Source: a virus
IMG/VR virus record: IMGVR_UViG_3300025816_000009
Coordinates: 17,412 to 81,411 of that record
Direction: 5' to 3' (one strand)
Length of the DNA: 64,000 nt
A program made the position numbers and the translations under genes. Of the stretch, positions 20,786 through 30,640 are shown one piece after another. The notes under the pieces are model-generated. The model worked only from the letters and a program-made list of their open reading frames with translations. It was not told where the DNA came from and ran no database searches. Position 1 is the first letter of the stretch. Each line of letters starts with the position of its first letter.

Positions 20786-20993
20786 GTAAGAGAAGCGGGC
20801 AATTACAAACCTTCTTGGAATCTCTTCCTTTTCTCGGTTTCCTCATCCTGTCCCGTCTTCTCTTAGGTTGTAAGATTTCGCGTTGCTGTTGGTCCTAGCC
20901 TTTTAGTGATATTTTCCATCATTCTATTCAAGTTTTTACACTCTGTTTCTTTCACTACCCTAACTTTCACGAATCCGCGCCGCGTCCTCTTAC
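20786..20993 (-). ncRNA. Putative RNA R7 (purine-rich, terminal stem)
   Basis: Starts GTAAGAGGACGCGG, ends CCGCTTCTCTTAC; first 13 nt identical to R6. Confidence 0.55.
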
Positions 20994-21016
20994 AAACTAA
21001 ACGAGTCGTCTTTTGG

Positions 21017-21069
21017 TTATAAACCTTTTTATTGAGAGTTCTTTACATTGATAGTTCGAAACACTTATA
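21017..21069. promoter_or_regulatory. Bidirectional class-E cassette (one-sided copy also at 20749-20784)
   Basis: TTATAAACCTTTTT-ATTGA-N11-ATTGA-N6-GAAACA-CTTATA. Confidence 0.75.
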
Positions 21070-21092
21070 AGGGGGAATGCCTAGGACAGAAC

Positions 21093-21368
21093 ATGAACTG
21101 CCAAGAGGAACAAATGACTCAAGAAATGTGGGACGCTATGCCGGAAGGTATGACCGTAAACTATGTGCGTCAAATGGAACAAATGACTCCTAGAGTAGCC
21201 CCGACTGTATCTGTAATGAACGGTTCTTCCCATCAATGGGACGCTGAAGTAGGCGCTTGGTATGCTACTCGTATAACCAACATGGACGAATTATTGTGGG
21301 CTTACGCTGTTAGAACTGACGGTGGAGATGCTTGGGTCGCTACTGAAACAGAGAGGGTTTACGCTTGA
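21093..21368 (+). CDS. Hypothetical protein (start 21093)
   Basis: ATG 29 nt after cassette TATA; first gene of 4-gene insert. Confidence 0.6.
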   Translation: MNCQEEQMTQEMWDAMPEGMTVNYVRQMEQMTPRVAPTVSVMNGSSHQWDAEVGAWYATRITNMDELLWAYAVRTDGGDAWVATETERVYA

Positions 21369-21571
21369 GTCTAGCATTCGACAGCCGGCTTGACTTTTTG
21401 AAAAACGGCATCGCCGCTTGGGAAATTGGTAATCAATGGAAAGGGCCATGCGGCCATTCTATCTCTGAAATAAAAAGCGATTGCGTATATTGTATGGCAG
21501 TGCATGAATACATGATGTATTTAGATTGGCTACCGGAATATAATTACGGTCAGACAGTGGGTGGTCAATAA
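21365..21571 (+). CDS. Small hypothetical Cys/His protein
   Basis: Coupled ORF; CGH...CVYC. Confidence 0.5.
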   Translation: MSLAFDSRLDFLKNGIAAWEIGNQWKGPCGHSISEIKSDCVYCMAVHEYMMYLDWLPEYNYGQTVGGQ

Positions 21572-22152
21572 TGAACATCTTCGTTCTCGATTCTCGTCCG
21601 ATGTTAGCGGCTCAATACCAATGTGATAAACACGTCCCGAAAATGATAGTCGAAAATATGCAAATGCTAACAACGGCGCTTGTTAAATCCGGTTCACTTT
21701 TACAATCTGAATTACCGTTCCGCGTTGATGGAATCACAAGATATTCCGGAAACGCATATCCTCACCATCCTTGTACGAAATGGGTTGGAAAAGACTTGAC
21801 AACAAATCTTGAAAATGTCAGTGAAGTCGATGGGAAAAATTACGCTTGGTTATGGCTTAACACCAACCAATTGTTTATTGAATACAATCGAAGATTCAAC
21901 AAAGTCCACGGTTGTCTCAAAGCATACAACCAACTACCAATTCCAACAGACTATTCAATTCAGTTAGCAAAATGCCAAATGCAACACAATCACGATTTTG
22001 TCTTGGCTATGCCGGACGAATACAAAGACCCGGACGCAGTAGTGGCTTACAGGAATTATTATCACAGCAAGACTTTCGCTAAGTGGGAAAAAGACCCACG
22101 TCCAAACGGCAACACGCCTGTTTGGTGGAAGGGTCATAAAGGTGGGATTTGA
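21571..22152 (+). CDS. Pyrimidine-dimer DNA glycosylase (T4 endonuclease V-like)
   Basis: MNIFVLD, DKHVPKMIVE, HHPCTKW, EYNRRFNKVH, AMPDEYK...AYRNYY. Confidence 0.8.
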   Translation: MNIFVLDSRPMLAAQYQCDKHVPKMIVENMQMLTTALVKSGSLLQSELPFRVDGITRYSGNAYPHHPCTKWVGKDLTTNLENVSEVDGKNYAWLWLNTNQLFIEYNRRFNKVHGCLKAYNQLPIPTDYSIQLAKCQMQHNHDFVLAMPDEYKDPDAVVAYRNYYHSKTFAKWEKDPRPNGNTPVWWKGHKGGI

Positions 22153-22155
22153 GGA

Positions 22156-22428
22156 ATGAATATGGAACTGAAAGAATTGACAGTAAAACAGATAATGAGA
22201 TGGAGAGGCGTAGTTCATGGACCGGATGCGGTTGAAACTAGGTTTCAGATTGAATCAGAACCCGGAGCGGATTCGTTAGCGTTATTCCAACTTGAGTTAA
22301 CTGCTAACTTTGCTCATGCTCGTATGTCTGATGTATTAGTTAGAGAAATACTCACACCAATGAAAAATGATTTCAGAGGTGTTAAGTTCATCAAAGAGGA
22401 AGATGCTCAACAATATATGATTCAGTAA
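22156..22428 (+). CDS. Hypothetical protein
   Basis: ORF with upstream GAGG. Confidence 0.5.
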   Translation: MNMELKELTVKQIMRWRGVVHGPDAVETRFQIESEPGADSLALFQLELTANFAHARMSDVLVREILTPMKNDFRGVKFIKEEDAQQYMIQ

Positions 22429-22461
22429 GGGTGATGAACCCTAACCCACGCTGATTCATTC

Positions 22462-25400
22462 GTGCCTAAAGTCCCAACCACGAAGGTTTCTCTGATTCCG
22501 CCATTGGGTGCGGGCTTGGGATTGCCGTTTACCGTGATGTATGCGGATGAAAAAATTGACCCATCGTCAACAACGGCAGGGAGATTTAATCGAGATTCAG
22601 ACTTGTTGGCTGATTCATATCCAAGAACCGGACAGTTAGCAACTCAACCAATGCCGAATGCTCCAAAGATTCAGACTAGACAACAATCATCCGGGGGAAT
22701 AACTCCCACTTCCGGAAATACTTTCAATTTGAAACCTGTTTATGAATCAGCATATTTTAACATGGGAGCGCCAAGTTTGAATTATGGAATGGGTCAATTA
22801 GAGTTTTGTCAATTGATGCAACACTCATCTCGGTCAATGTGGGATGCAACTAAGATTCGTTCAGAGTTCATAGTTCCGAGAAGGACGTATTCGACCGCCG
22901 GAAGATACACATCCCATCCCCGAAGAAAGTTTGCATCAGCAAGACAAGGTAATTTTTCTTTGATGGAAGTCATGTCCGCTCCCGACGTCAACGCACTTCA
23001 CACGCCATGCGACCAATTAATCGGAACAGTGGGCGGCTTGGATGGAGTCGGCGCTTGTTCAAATGCAAACTTCAATGGTGGAATGCGGGTTGCGGCTTTG
23101 ACTCATTTTGCTAAATCCGATTTACCTTCGAACGGTTTTGGCTTGACTTATGGCGACGCACATAATACAATATTCGCAACATCTCTGCATTCTCATCCAA
23201 TCAAGGATGGTCAGACTACAGCAAATGCCGGCATCGCTTCCAACGGCGGCGGGACTTCCGATTGGTCGGGTCAAAACTTCTATGAAACTTGGGATGTTAT
23301 GTGGACTTTGAATCAACACACAATTCCTCAAACATTGACCGCAGGGACTACGCTCTCCGCTCCCGATGCTTGTATGACTGCTGACGCTACCAACAATACA
23401 GACGACGACCATTACTTCAAGATGAATACAATTCAAAGTGTGGCCGTTCGAGACATACCGACATATGGTGGAACAGAGAAGACCTCTCCAATAGGAGCGG
23501 CGCAGTATGGGAATCATGTAGTTGCTGATTCTTGCGGGCTTGTAGGATTTGAGGGAACTATTTCAGTGTCGGGATTCTTTTCAGTTTCAGCCGGAAAACT
23601 TGGTGGTAATAGTTTCAGTGAAGATTTATGGAATACAGAAGGCGTCGGATATGGCGGATTAAACATACAGGTTCACTCCGGTTTGACTCATAGAAGAAAT
23701 CGCTTGTACTCTCAAAGAACAAACAATGCCGCTAAAGAATATGACACGATTTTCAGATATGGTTCAGACGGAACAGCAGTTCAACCGATGACAGATGCGA
23801 TGAAAACTCGCGCAAAACGCTTTGCCGGTTCGACTATTGACGCCAATAGTTCTTCCTTCTATGCAACAAGAACTCTGTACGACAACAAGGGTTCGTTTGG
23901 TGGCGGCGGAAATCAAGATTTAGTTGGAGATATTCCAACAACAAATGCTCCGGGAATCCTTGGAGATACTGCGGACATGAATGCAACTTCGGTTTCTAAC
24001 ACTTACAGTTCGGCTTTCTTGAAAAACAGGATTCCAACAAAAGTAAAAATTGTTCCTCAAATTGTTGGATATGAAAATATCACAGTCGCTCCCGGAAGTT
24101 CGAAGACAACTCAACATAGTGGCGCTTCTAATATTGTATTTAGAAAACCAATTGTCGATTATCACGTTCTCGTCTCCGTAATAAAACCGACAACAAATGT
24201 TGCGAAGTCAGCGGCGGCAAGTCCGAACAACGGACACGAAGATGTTGGAACTCCGACAAGTCGAAATAATCCCGCTCCAAGATGGCCGACTATTGACGCC
24301 AATTACGACGGGGAGTCATGCAACATTTTCCATGCGGTTTTCAGAATAAATCCGGAAAACTTGGAACAGGTTTACATCAATACTAGCCAAGGGGCGGCTC
24401 ACGATTTGAATATGAATGAGAAAATATGCGCTCATTCTGTTATGCCTAGACATAATTACGGCACTAACGCTCTCGCCGGAAAAACTTCGCAGGGTTGGGG
24501 TCTTCATCAAATGACACCATTTCGACCAATCTCAAATCACGCTTGGGCAAAGATTCCTAGACTATCCGGAACAATTGAGCCGGGTGGGTTTTATCAGAGA
24601 GGTGGAATATCTCATTTATGGGATGCTGATGGATATGGTGGCGAACTTTTCGTCTCCGCTGACATGACTCACGCTTCTGATTTCAACTCACAAGTTTGGG
24701 GCAACGGACAGATGTGGCCGGATGGAGATAACAACGCAGGTAATCCGCCCGGTTCTGAACTTATGATATTCAAATACAGTAGCAGGGGCGACCCATTTTA
24801 CACCAAGGGGGCTACTACAATGGCCGATAATCCACTAAGGGCGGCGATGGTAGCCAAGACCAATACAGACTACATAACAGGGTTCTATGCGGCTTCTATG
24901 GATGGCGGTTTTACTATCACTGACACTGCAACAAAAACTTGGAAGGGGTGGTCAATTCATGATTGGGTATTCCCTCAAAAAGAATTGATGAGATATTTGG
25001 GAAGAGAAGACAAAGGACTTCTTTCTAATCACCCAAGTTTGCACTGCTCGTCTCTTAGCATTCAAGAAGATGGCCGAATGTTAATGGCCGCCATTCAGAG
25101 AGATGTGATTGTCAGTGCTGACGAATATCCTTACGAAGATGTAGGATTTCCATTGAATCCGAGTATAAGTGCGACAGAATGTCCGTCGGGTTTCTATTAC
25201 GATGCGGCTTCTAAAACCTGTAAATCAATTATGAATCCGACTTACGATTCTAGCGGAAGTGTTTGGCCGGGAACAGGAGATGAAATAGCCGGCTTGGAAG
25301 CACCTAGACCTGTTATTGCGGCTGACGGAACTAAATCAACAAACACTCCACCCGGAAATAATTTTTCAAGATGGCCGACTTGGACTACTCTGAAAGCGAA

Positions 25401-28400
25401 CACAAAGGCTCGTTCTCTAATTCTATTATTCAGCAACACCCCTGCTTCCGGTGGAAAACTTGTAGCAGGCCGAGCCAAGTTTGACATCACGACAGAGAAA
25501 GTCGGAACACAAACTGTCTCTGTTGAAAATTGGACTTTCGACGATACATGGTGGAATGGTTCACAGATTGCTTGGTGGTATCAAGAGTCGGGTCAGAGAG
25601 CGATACCGATTACATACGGTTCGTACCCCGAAGCAAGATGTAGTCATGCCGTTCTTCCAAGAGCGCTTCCGCATCTAATGTCTGATGGAACTCACACCGG
25701 CGGTTATCCACAGTCGATGCCGATTGATAGAGTCATGAGTTCACCTGCCGGAAATAATGGAACAACTCGTTCGACGCTTGATACTTGGGCTACTGCAAGA
25801 CGAAACTTCCTACTTCTTACTCGATACATCCCGACAACAATTGGATTTTCAGATTTCGGAATTGGAATGAATCCACATCAAGAAGTTGGGTGGGCCGGTT
25901 GGTCAATGCCGACTGCCCTATTCGACCCAATAGACTACGGTAATGGAACAGACTTCTTCCAAGAAACTAACATATTGATTTCACTTTGGGAAAATTATTT
26001 TCCGAATAATAATCAAAACGCTAGTGCGGCTAGAAGTTATATCGGACCGAGAGGTGGTTTCTCTCACTTCGGTCCTTTGCATTATGGAACTTCGGGATTC
26101 AATCACCCATACGAAACTGACATAATTTGGACTCAAGTTCACGGCGGAGTTGGGTATGACCTTCCTCTTCATCTTCTGATTCCGCCGGCAGTTCATGTTC
26201 GAGCAAGAAGTGGTGGAAATGGTTCACTCGATTTGGAACTTGAATTGCCGTTTCACAGGACAGATACAATCGAACTTGACGGGGCTATTGGGTTCAATAG
26301 TGGGTTCGACAAAGGCCCCGAAAACTTGCCGGGTGGCTCAAGGCCGACTCTTGGAAATTATTCATTATCGACGAATCTTTGGAATCGCAAAACTTTGAAC
26401 TCGGGCGGTGCGAAGATGGGTGGTTATGATTCCTCATATCAAAGAGTACACGGACCAATAATCGAAGGTACGGGATTGACTGCTTTTTGGGGCGACCATC
26501 CAACAGATAGATTCCATGCTTCGGCTATGCCGATAATGCCACCTAACACATACAGTCATAAAGAAGTCGAGACAAATATGTACCCACCAATCATGCTTGC
26601 TAGAAGTTCTGAATACAATAGGTTAGACCAATTGGCAGTCAGTGAACAACTGCAATCATCAACCGAAGTTCATCTAAGTCAGACAACAAGACCATTTTGG
26701 GATTCCGGTTCTATGGTATCTGCTAGAGGTGTCGGTTCGATGAATGATAAAAAATTGAATCGAGCGAGATTCCTTTCAGAGATAGCAGGCAAGAAAGTTT
26801 ACACATCTCCCGAAGCGTGTGTTGATTTCACATTTACAGGAACGAACAGTCCGGATGCCGGATTAGGAAAAGGTCAGAGAATACTAAGAACACCCGAAGG
26901 AACTCTTCACCAATTCTTAATCGAAAGAAGTGGGCAGGCATCAAGTTCGAATATGCCGATGTGGACTCACTACAAACAACCGACAGGACAGGATTTATTT
27001 TGGAATAGCAAGGCTCTGAAAACAGACGGTTCAAATTACGATGGTAAAGATGAATGCGGACCTTTGTTAGAAACTCTGACAGGAAGTTCAGACAAGGGTC
27101 GAGTATTGGGTGCGGCATACGCAAGCGATTCAGCCGGTACAATCCACGCTGTCATCGAGTACACCGCTTTGAAGTCCGATTCCACATCAACTCTCGAAAG
27201 GGCGCACAGGCTTTACTATACATACGCCAAGCGCACATTGAAATCCAACTCTCCAACTCCTGTTTATGATTGGGATTGGTCAATTCACACGCCTCAATTG
27301 ATTAACGCCGGAACTCTTACAGGAACGGATGGAGAGAAGGCCGGTTCACCAAATGACCTAAGACAACCGTCGTTAGTTTGCGACGCATCAGACCGCCTGC
27401 ATTTGGCCTTTACACAGGTAGTCAAATCAACCAATGGTGGGTCAAGAAATTATTCAGCGATATGGCTAATGAACAAGTTGGCTACAGAAGATGAGTTCCC
27501 TGCGTTCGTAGGTAATGGGAATCATCCGGAGACAACGGATTCCCGTATTCAATTGGTATCTCCGATAATGACATCAGCCGAAGAATCAAACGCGGCAACA
27601 AATAATCCGGCGACTCTGAATCAAAAAGTAATTTATTGCGATATGCCGAAAATATGTTTGCGAGGTGATGGTGTTCCTGTTGTGTTTTATCGAGGCGACC
27701 CAACAGCGAACTACACAACTGCCGCTAGAAGGTTCACGGCTATTTACGTCAATAGGGGAGCGGAAGGAACATCCTCGGACTCCATGGGAAGAATCAAGTT
27801 TGACACGAGTCAAGCAGTTTCGAACTTGGGTTATGTTTTGTCGGGAGATGTTAATTCGACGCCTGCTACAGATGTGATTTATTATGATGCAATTATTGAT
27901 GAGAAAGACAGAGCATACACGACCGGCATTTGGGGGAATGATTCGACTTATCATAGAGCAACCCAAGTAAACACATTCAATACAAGACAAGATTTCCTTG
28001 AACAATATACAACGGCGAAAGGTTTGGGAACGACTAGAACTTTGTACGCAACGACAGTAGCCTCGAATACTTTGTCATATCTTAGCGACATTACAATGAC
28101 TTCAAACGGAGACGGACAGATACACATGATATTCGGTTTCTCTTTACAAGGAGCAACCCCGAAAGGAAAAACAACCCGAACAACTAACACAACTCAAAGT
28201 ATAATCTCACCACTACAAGTTCCGGCAACGCCTGTTAGTCCAATGGACGCAACACAGCCCGGAGACGGAACAATCTATGATGGCGGATATACTGATTCAA
28301 TGGCACATCAAAACTTTTCAACGGGTGGAAGTTATCCATCAAGTTTGAAAGATTGGGAAGGACAGAATAAACATTTCTTGGAAGTTTGGATGCCTTCTTT

Positions 28401-28767
28401 CGAATGGTCGCAAGCCGGCTCGGATGACCATTGGGTGATTCGCTCGGTGAACATGAGATGGTTGTCCGTTCCCGGTCTAGGATTCGACTCAACTAATGGT
28501 TGGTTTCCGACAGGAGCGGCGAGCGGAATTGCGGGAACTGAAACATTCCCTCATCAAGCGCCTCAATTGCGCTATCAGAGATACAATGGATTCAATGCTT
28601 CCGCTCTTGATTTAGCGTGGCTGACAAATGAAATGTCATGGAACAAAACCCCTCTTCCTCAATCCTCTCTTTACCTTCCGGGTGGCGGAACTCAATATGT
28701 CAATCCGGCGGATGAAACTAATGCAGGCGGAACTACTGCTGATGAAATCCCGGGCTATCCAATATGA
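22462..28767 (+). CDS. Very large (2101 aa) putative tail/receptor-binding protein
   Basis: G/S/T/N-rich; repeated D..G.IH/LH beta-propeller-like motifs in C-terminal third; preceded by class-L promoter. Confidence 0.6.
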   Translation: MPKVPTTKVSLIPPLGAGLGLPFTVMYADEKIDPSSTTAGRFNRDSDLLADSYPRTGQLATQPMPNAPKIQTRQQSSGGITPTSGNTFNLKPVYESAYFNMGAPSLNYGMGQLEFCQLMQHSSRSMWDATKIRSEFIVPRRTYSTAGRYTSHPRRKFASARQGNFSLMEVMSAPDVNALHTPCDQLIGTVGGLDGVGACSNANFNGGMRVAALTHFAKSDLPSNGFGLTYGDAHNTIFATSLHSHPIKDGQTTANAGIASNGGGTSDWSGQNFYETWDVMWTLNQHTIPQTLTAGTTLSAPDACMTADATNNTDDDHYFKMNTIQSVAVRDIPTYGGTEKTSPIGAAQYGNHVVADSCGLVGFEGTISVSGFFSVSAGKLGGNSFSEDLWNTEGVGYGGLNIQVHSGLTHRRNRLYSQRTNNAAKEYDTIFRYGSDGTAVQPMTDAMKTRAKRFAGSTIDANSSSFYATRTLYDNKGSFGGGGNQDLVGDIPTTNAPGILGDTADMNATSVSNTYSSAFLKNRIPTKVKIVPQIVGYENITVAPGSSKTTQHSGASNIVFRKPIVDYHVLVSVIKPTTNVAKSAAASPNNGHEDVGTPTSRNNPAPRWPTIDANYDGESCNIFHAVFRINPENLEQVYINTSQGAAHDLNMNEKICAHSVMPRHNYGTNALAGKTSQGWGLHQMTPFRPISNHAWAKIPRLSGTIEPGGFYQRGGISHLWDADGYGGELFVSADMTHASDFNSQVWGNGQMWPDGDNNAGNPPGSELMIFKYSSRGDPFYTKGATTMADNPLRAAMVAKTNTDYITGFYAASMDGGFTITDTATKTWKGWSIHDWVFPQKELMRYLGREDKGLLSNHPSLHCSSLSIQEDGRMLMAAIQRDVIVSADEYPYEDVGFPLNPSISATECPSGFYYDAASKTCKSIMNPTYDSSGSVWPGTGDEIAGLEAPRPVIAADGTKSTNTPPGNNFSRWPTWTTLKANTKARSLILLFSNTPASGGKLVAGRAKFDITTEKVGTQTVSVENWTFDDTWWNGSQIAWWYQESGQRAIPITYGSYPEARCSHAVLPRALPHLMSDGTHTGGYPQSMPIDRVMSSPAGNNGTTRSTLDTWATARRNFLLLTRYIPTTIGFSDFGIGMNPHQEVGWAGWSMPTALFDPIDYGNGTDFFQETNILISLWENYFPNNNQNASAARSYIGPRGGFSHFGPLHYGTSGFNHPYETDIIWTQVHGGVGYDLPLHLLIPPAVHVRARSGGNGSLDLELELPFHRTDTIELDGAIGFNSGFDKGPENLPGGSRPTLGNYSLSTNLWNRKTLNSGGAKMGGYDSSYQRVHGPIIEGTGLTAFWGDHPTDRFHASAMPIMPPNTYSHKEVETNMYPPIMLARSSEYNRLDQLAVSEQLQSSTEVHLSQTTRPFWDSGSMVSARGVGSMNDKKLNRARFLSEIAGKKVYTSPEACVDFTFTGTNSPDAGLGKGQRILRTPEGTLHQFLIERSGQASSSNMPMWTHYKQPTGQDLFWNSKALKTDGSNYDGKDECGPLLETLTGSSDKGRVLGAAYASDSAGTIHAVIEYTALKSDSTSTLERAHRLYYTYAKRTLKSNSPTPVYDWDWSIHTPQLINAGTLTGTDGEKAGSPNDLRQPSLVCDASDRLHLAFTQVVKSTNGGSRNYSAIWLMNKLATEDEFPAFVGNGNHPETTDSRIQLVSPIMTSAEESNAATNNPATLNQKVIYCDMPKICLRGDGVPVVFYRGDPTANYTTAARRFTAIYVNRGAEGTSSDSMGRIKFDTSQAVSNLGYVLSGDVNSTPATDVIYYDAIIDEKDRAYTTGIWGNDSTYHRATQVNTFNTRQDFLEQYTTAKGLGTTRTLYATTVASNTLSYLSDITMTSNGDGQIHMIFGFSLQGATPKGKTTRTTNTTQSIISPLQVPATPVSPMDATQPGDGTIYDGGYTDSMAHQNFSTGGSYPSSLKDWEGQNKHFLEVWMPSFEWSQAGSDDHWVIRSVNMRWLSVPGLGFDSTNGWFPTGAASGIAGTETFPHQAPQLRYQRYNGFNASALDLAWLTNEMSWNKTPLPQSSLYLPGGGTQYVNPADETNAGGTTADEIPGYPI

Positions 28768-28828
28768 TTAACACTGATGATTATCCCAAGTGGGCGATTT
28801 GGTTAATGAAAAAGATTGGAATCATTAT

Positions 28829-29164
28829 TCAGTAAGTGTCTCTAGTCCATTCCATTCCACTTTGGAAGATAACTCTTAATGTTCCATAACGACCTTCTGC
28901 TCTAAATCTTGTCATGAACATATCGAATGCAACAGTCTGCATTTGCCTAGATGTTGTTTGGTCTAACAAATCAGAAGGTTGAGGACCTGCTCTGAATCCA
29001 CCAACAAGCGAAAGGTATTGTCCTTGAAGGTCAAGAGATACCCCTTGTTCAGTCGTTGCGACCCATTCTTCGTCAGCCATTCCATCTCTTACAAGTGCGG
29101 ATAAGTATGCCTGCGCTTCTGCGGTTGTTGCTCTGTATTGCGGTTGTCCGTAATCTCTGCTCAT
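28829..29164 (-). CDS. Hypothetical protein (start 29164)
   Basis: ATG 29 nt after cassette TATA (cassette 29188-29226). Confidence 0.6.
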   Translation of the reverse strand: MSRDYGQPQYRATTAEAQAYLSALVRDGMADEEWVATTEQGVSLDLQGQYLSLVGGFRAGPQPSDLLDQTTSRQMQTVAFDMFMTRFRAEGRYGTLRVIFQSGMEWTRDTY

Positions 29165-29250
29165 ATACTGTCGTGTACTGCTTTGCCTATAAAGGTTTCG
29201 TTCTATCAATGTTAACACATATCAATGAAAAGATTAGAATAATTTTGTAA

Positions 29251-29502
29251 GGGCAACAGTATGCCTCTGTTCAGATTCGCCGGTTTGGCGGCCGCATATT
29301 CCACACAATCCCGGTAAGGATTTCGTTCCCAACCACGAGAACTCAAATGTTTTATAGATAGGCTACTGACCACCATTCTCTCACGTTAGTTCATTTTATA
29401 ATCAAGTCTAACACCAAGCAATTCCTTTCGGACCTCTTAGAGTGCGTTCCCCCTATCCTGTTGCCCGGGCGTCAAAGCGCCCAAGAGAAGCCACCTTCCC
29501 TC
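29251..29502 (-). ncRNA. Putative structured RNA R8 (two 5' hairpins plus closed domain family)
   Basis: GAGGGAAG-GTGG-CTTCTCTT; GGGCG-N6-CGCCC; GGGCAACAG...CTGTTGCCC; many internal hairpins. Confidence 0.65.
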
Positions 29503-29525
29503 AAACCTAACGAACAGCCTTTGGC

Positions 29526-29580
29526 TTATAAAGGTTTCGTTTTATCAATGTTAATAGTTATCAATAGAAAGATTTATTAA
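29526..29580. promoter_or_regulatory. Bidirectional class-E cassette driving R8 and R9
   Basis: TTATAAAGGTTTC-N6-TCAAT-N11-TCAAT-AGAAAGA-TTTATTAA. Confidence 0.75.
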
Positions 29581-29601
29581 TGGAATGTCCTAGGACAGTA
29601 C

Positions 29602-29825
29602 AGAGTGAACGGCGCTTATCCGAGCAAAGTTCGCAAACCCGGTGGCTACGACCGATTCGAACTTGATTCGTCTTAGCCTAGGAAGTTGGGGGATATGAGA
29701 GAACATATTCTCCGTTAGAAGATTGACTGTATTGCTTGGAAGCAGAACACTTTGGGGCGAACTTGGTCTGTTCTATCTTCTATCATATAGGAGCAGGGAT
29801 GCTTCTAAGCCACCGGGAAATCGCA
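29602..29825 (+). ncRNA. Putative structured RNA R9
   Basis: 10-bp stem CCCGGTGGCT (29638) / AGCCACCGGG (29808); ORF-free. Confidence 0.55.
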
Positions 29826-29873
29826 TAATTCAAAAACCAATCAATTCATAAAGGTGCGGCAAGGGTCAAGAAC

Positions 29874-30617
29874 ATGGATAAAATCCGCATCGACACTAAG
29901 AAGTACGATTCTCATCTATCTCAAAAGTGGACTGACGAGAATGCGGCAGGCAACGAGTTCCTTTGGAATGCAAGAATTGAGATACTTTCGAAGAAGGATT
30001 CCAACGCATTTTGGAAAGGCGAAGGATGGCGAACTGCACCACGTCGGCCGAGGAACATAGCACTTCCCTATCAGTGGTTATTTACACAATCAGACAAATT
30101 AGATTTCCCGGGGCGCTTGAAGCCTGTTCCGGGAACGTGCAAAACGACGCTTGAAGTTCTTGATTACGGATGTGGTCGCGGCCAAGATGCTATGAGATTC
30201 GGTTTCAAGAAATACGACCCGAATTGGTTTCCGGACTCTCCATGGGACCCGGTGAGAATAGAGGGGAAATATGATTTCATTTTCTGCATCTATGTTCTCG
30301 ACGTTATATTAACATCGGAAAAAAGACATGAGGTTGTAAATGATATTCGGCGCTTGTTGAAACCGGGTGGACAGGCTTACATCATTAACAGATGTGATGA
30401 TTATGCAAGCATGAAAGATGGAAAAGTGGTAAGGAAAACCGTTGATTCATCTTGGGAACTTGCTAGAGTCGAACCTGCTCGTGAATATGGTTGCGCCGAG
30501 ATTTACAGAAACTTCTTTTTCCAAGTTTGGGTTTGCGACGATAAAGGTCCTTGTGTTCCGGAAAACACAGTGGAATTGAAGACTTCATGGACGGGCTTGG
30601 TATCGGAAGAGGAATAA
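29874..30617 (+). CDS. Class I SAM-dependent methyltransferase
   Basis: VLDYGCGRG, YDFIFCIYVLDV, LLKPGG. Confidence 0.85.
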   Translation: MDKIRIDTKKYDSHLSQKWTDENAAGNEFLWNARIEILSKKDSNAFWKGEGWRTAPRRPRNIALPYQWLFTQSDKLDFPGRLKPVPGTCKTTLEVLDYGCGRGQDAMRFGFKKYDPNWFPDSPWDPVRIEGKYDFIFCIYVLDVILTSEKRHEVVNDIRRLLKPGGQAYIINRCDDYASMKDGKVVRKTVDSSWELARVEPAREYGCAEIYRNFFFQVWVCDDKGPCVPENTVELKTSWTGLVSEEE

Positions 30618-30640
30618 GCCCCGGCGAAGTCTGAAAGGCC

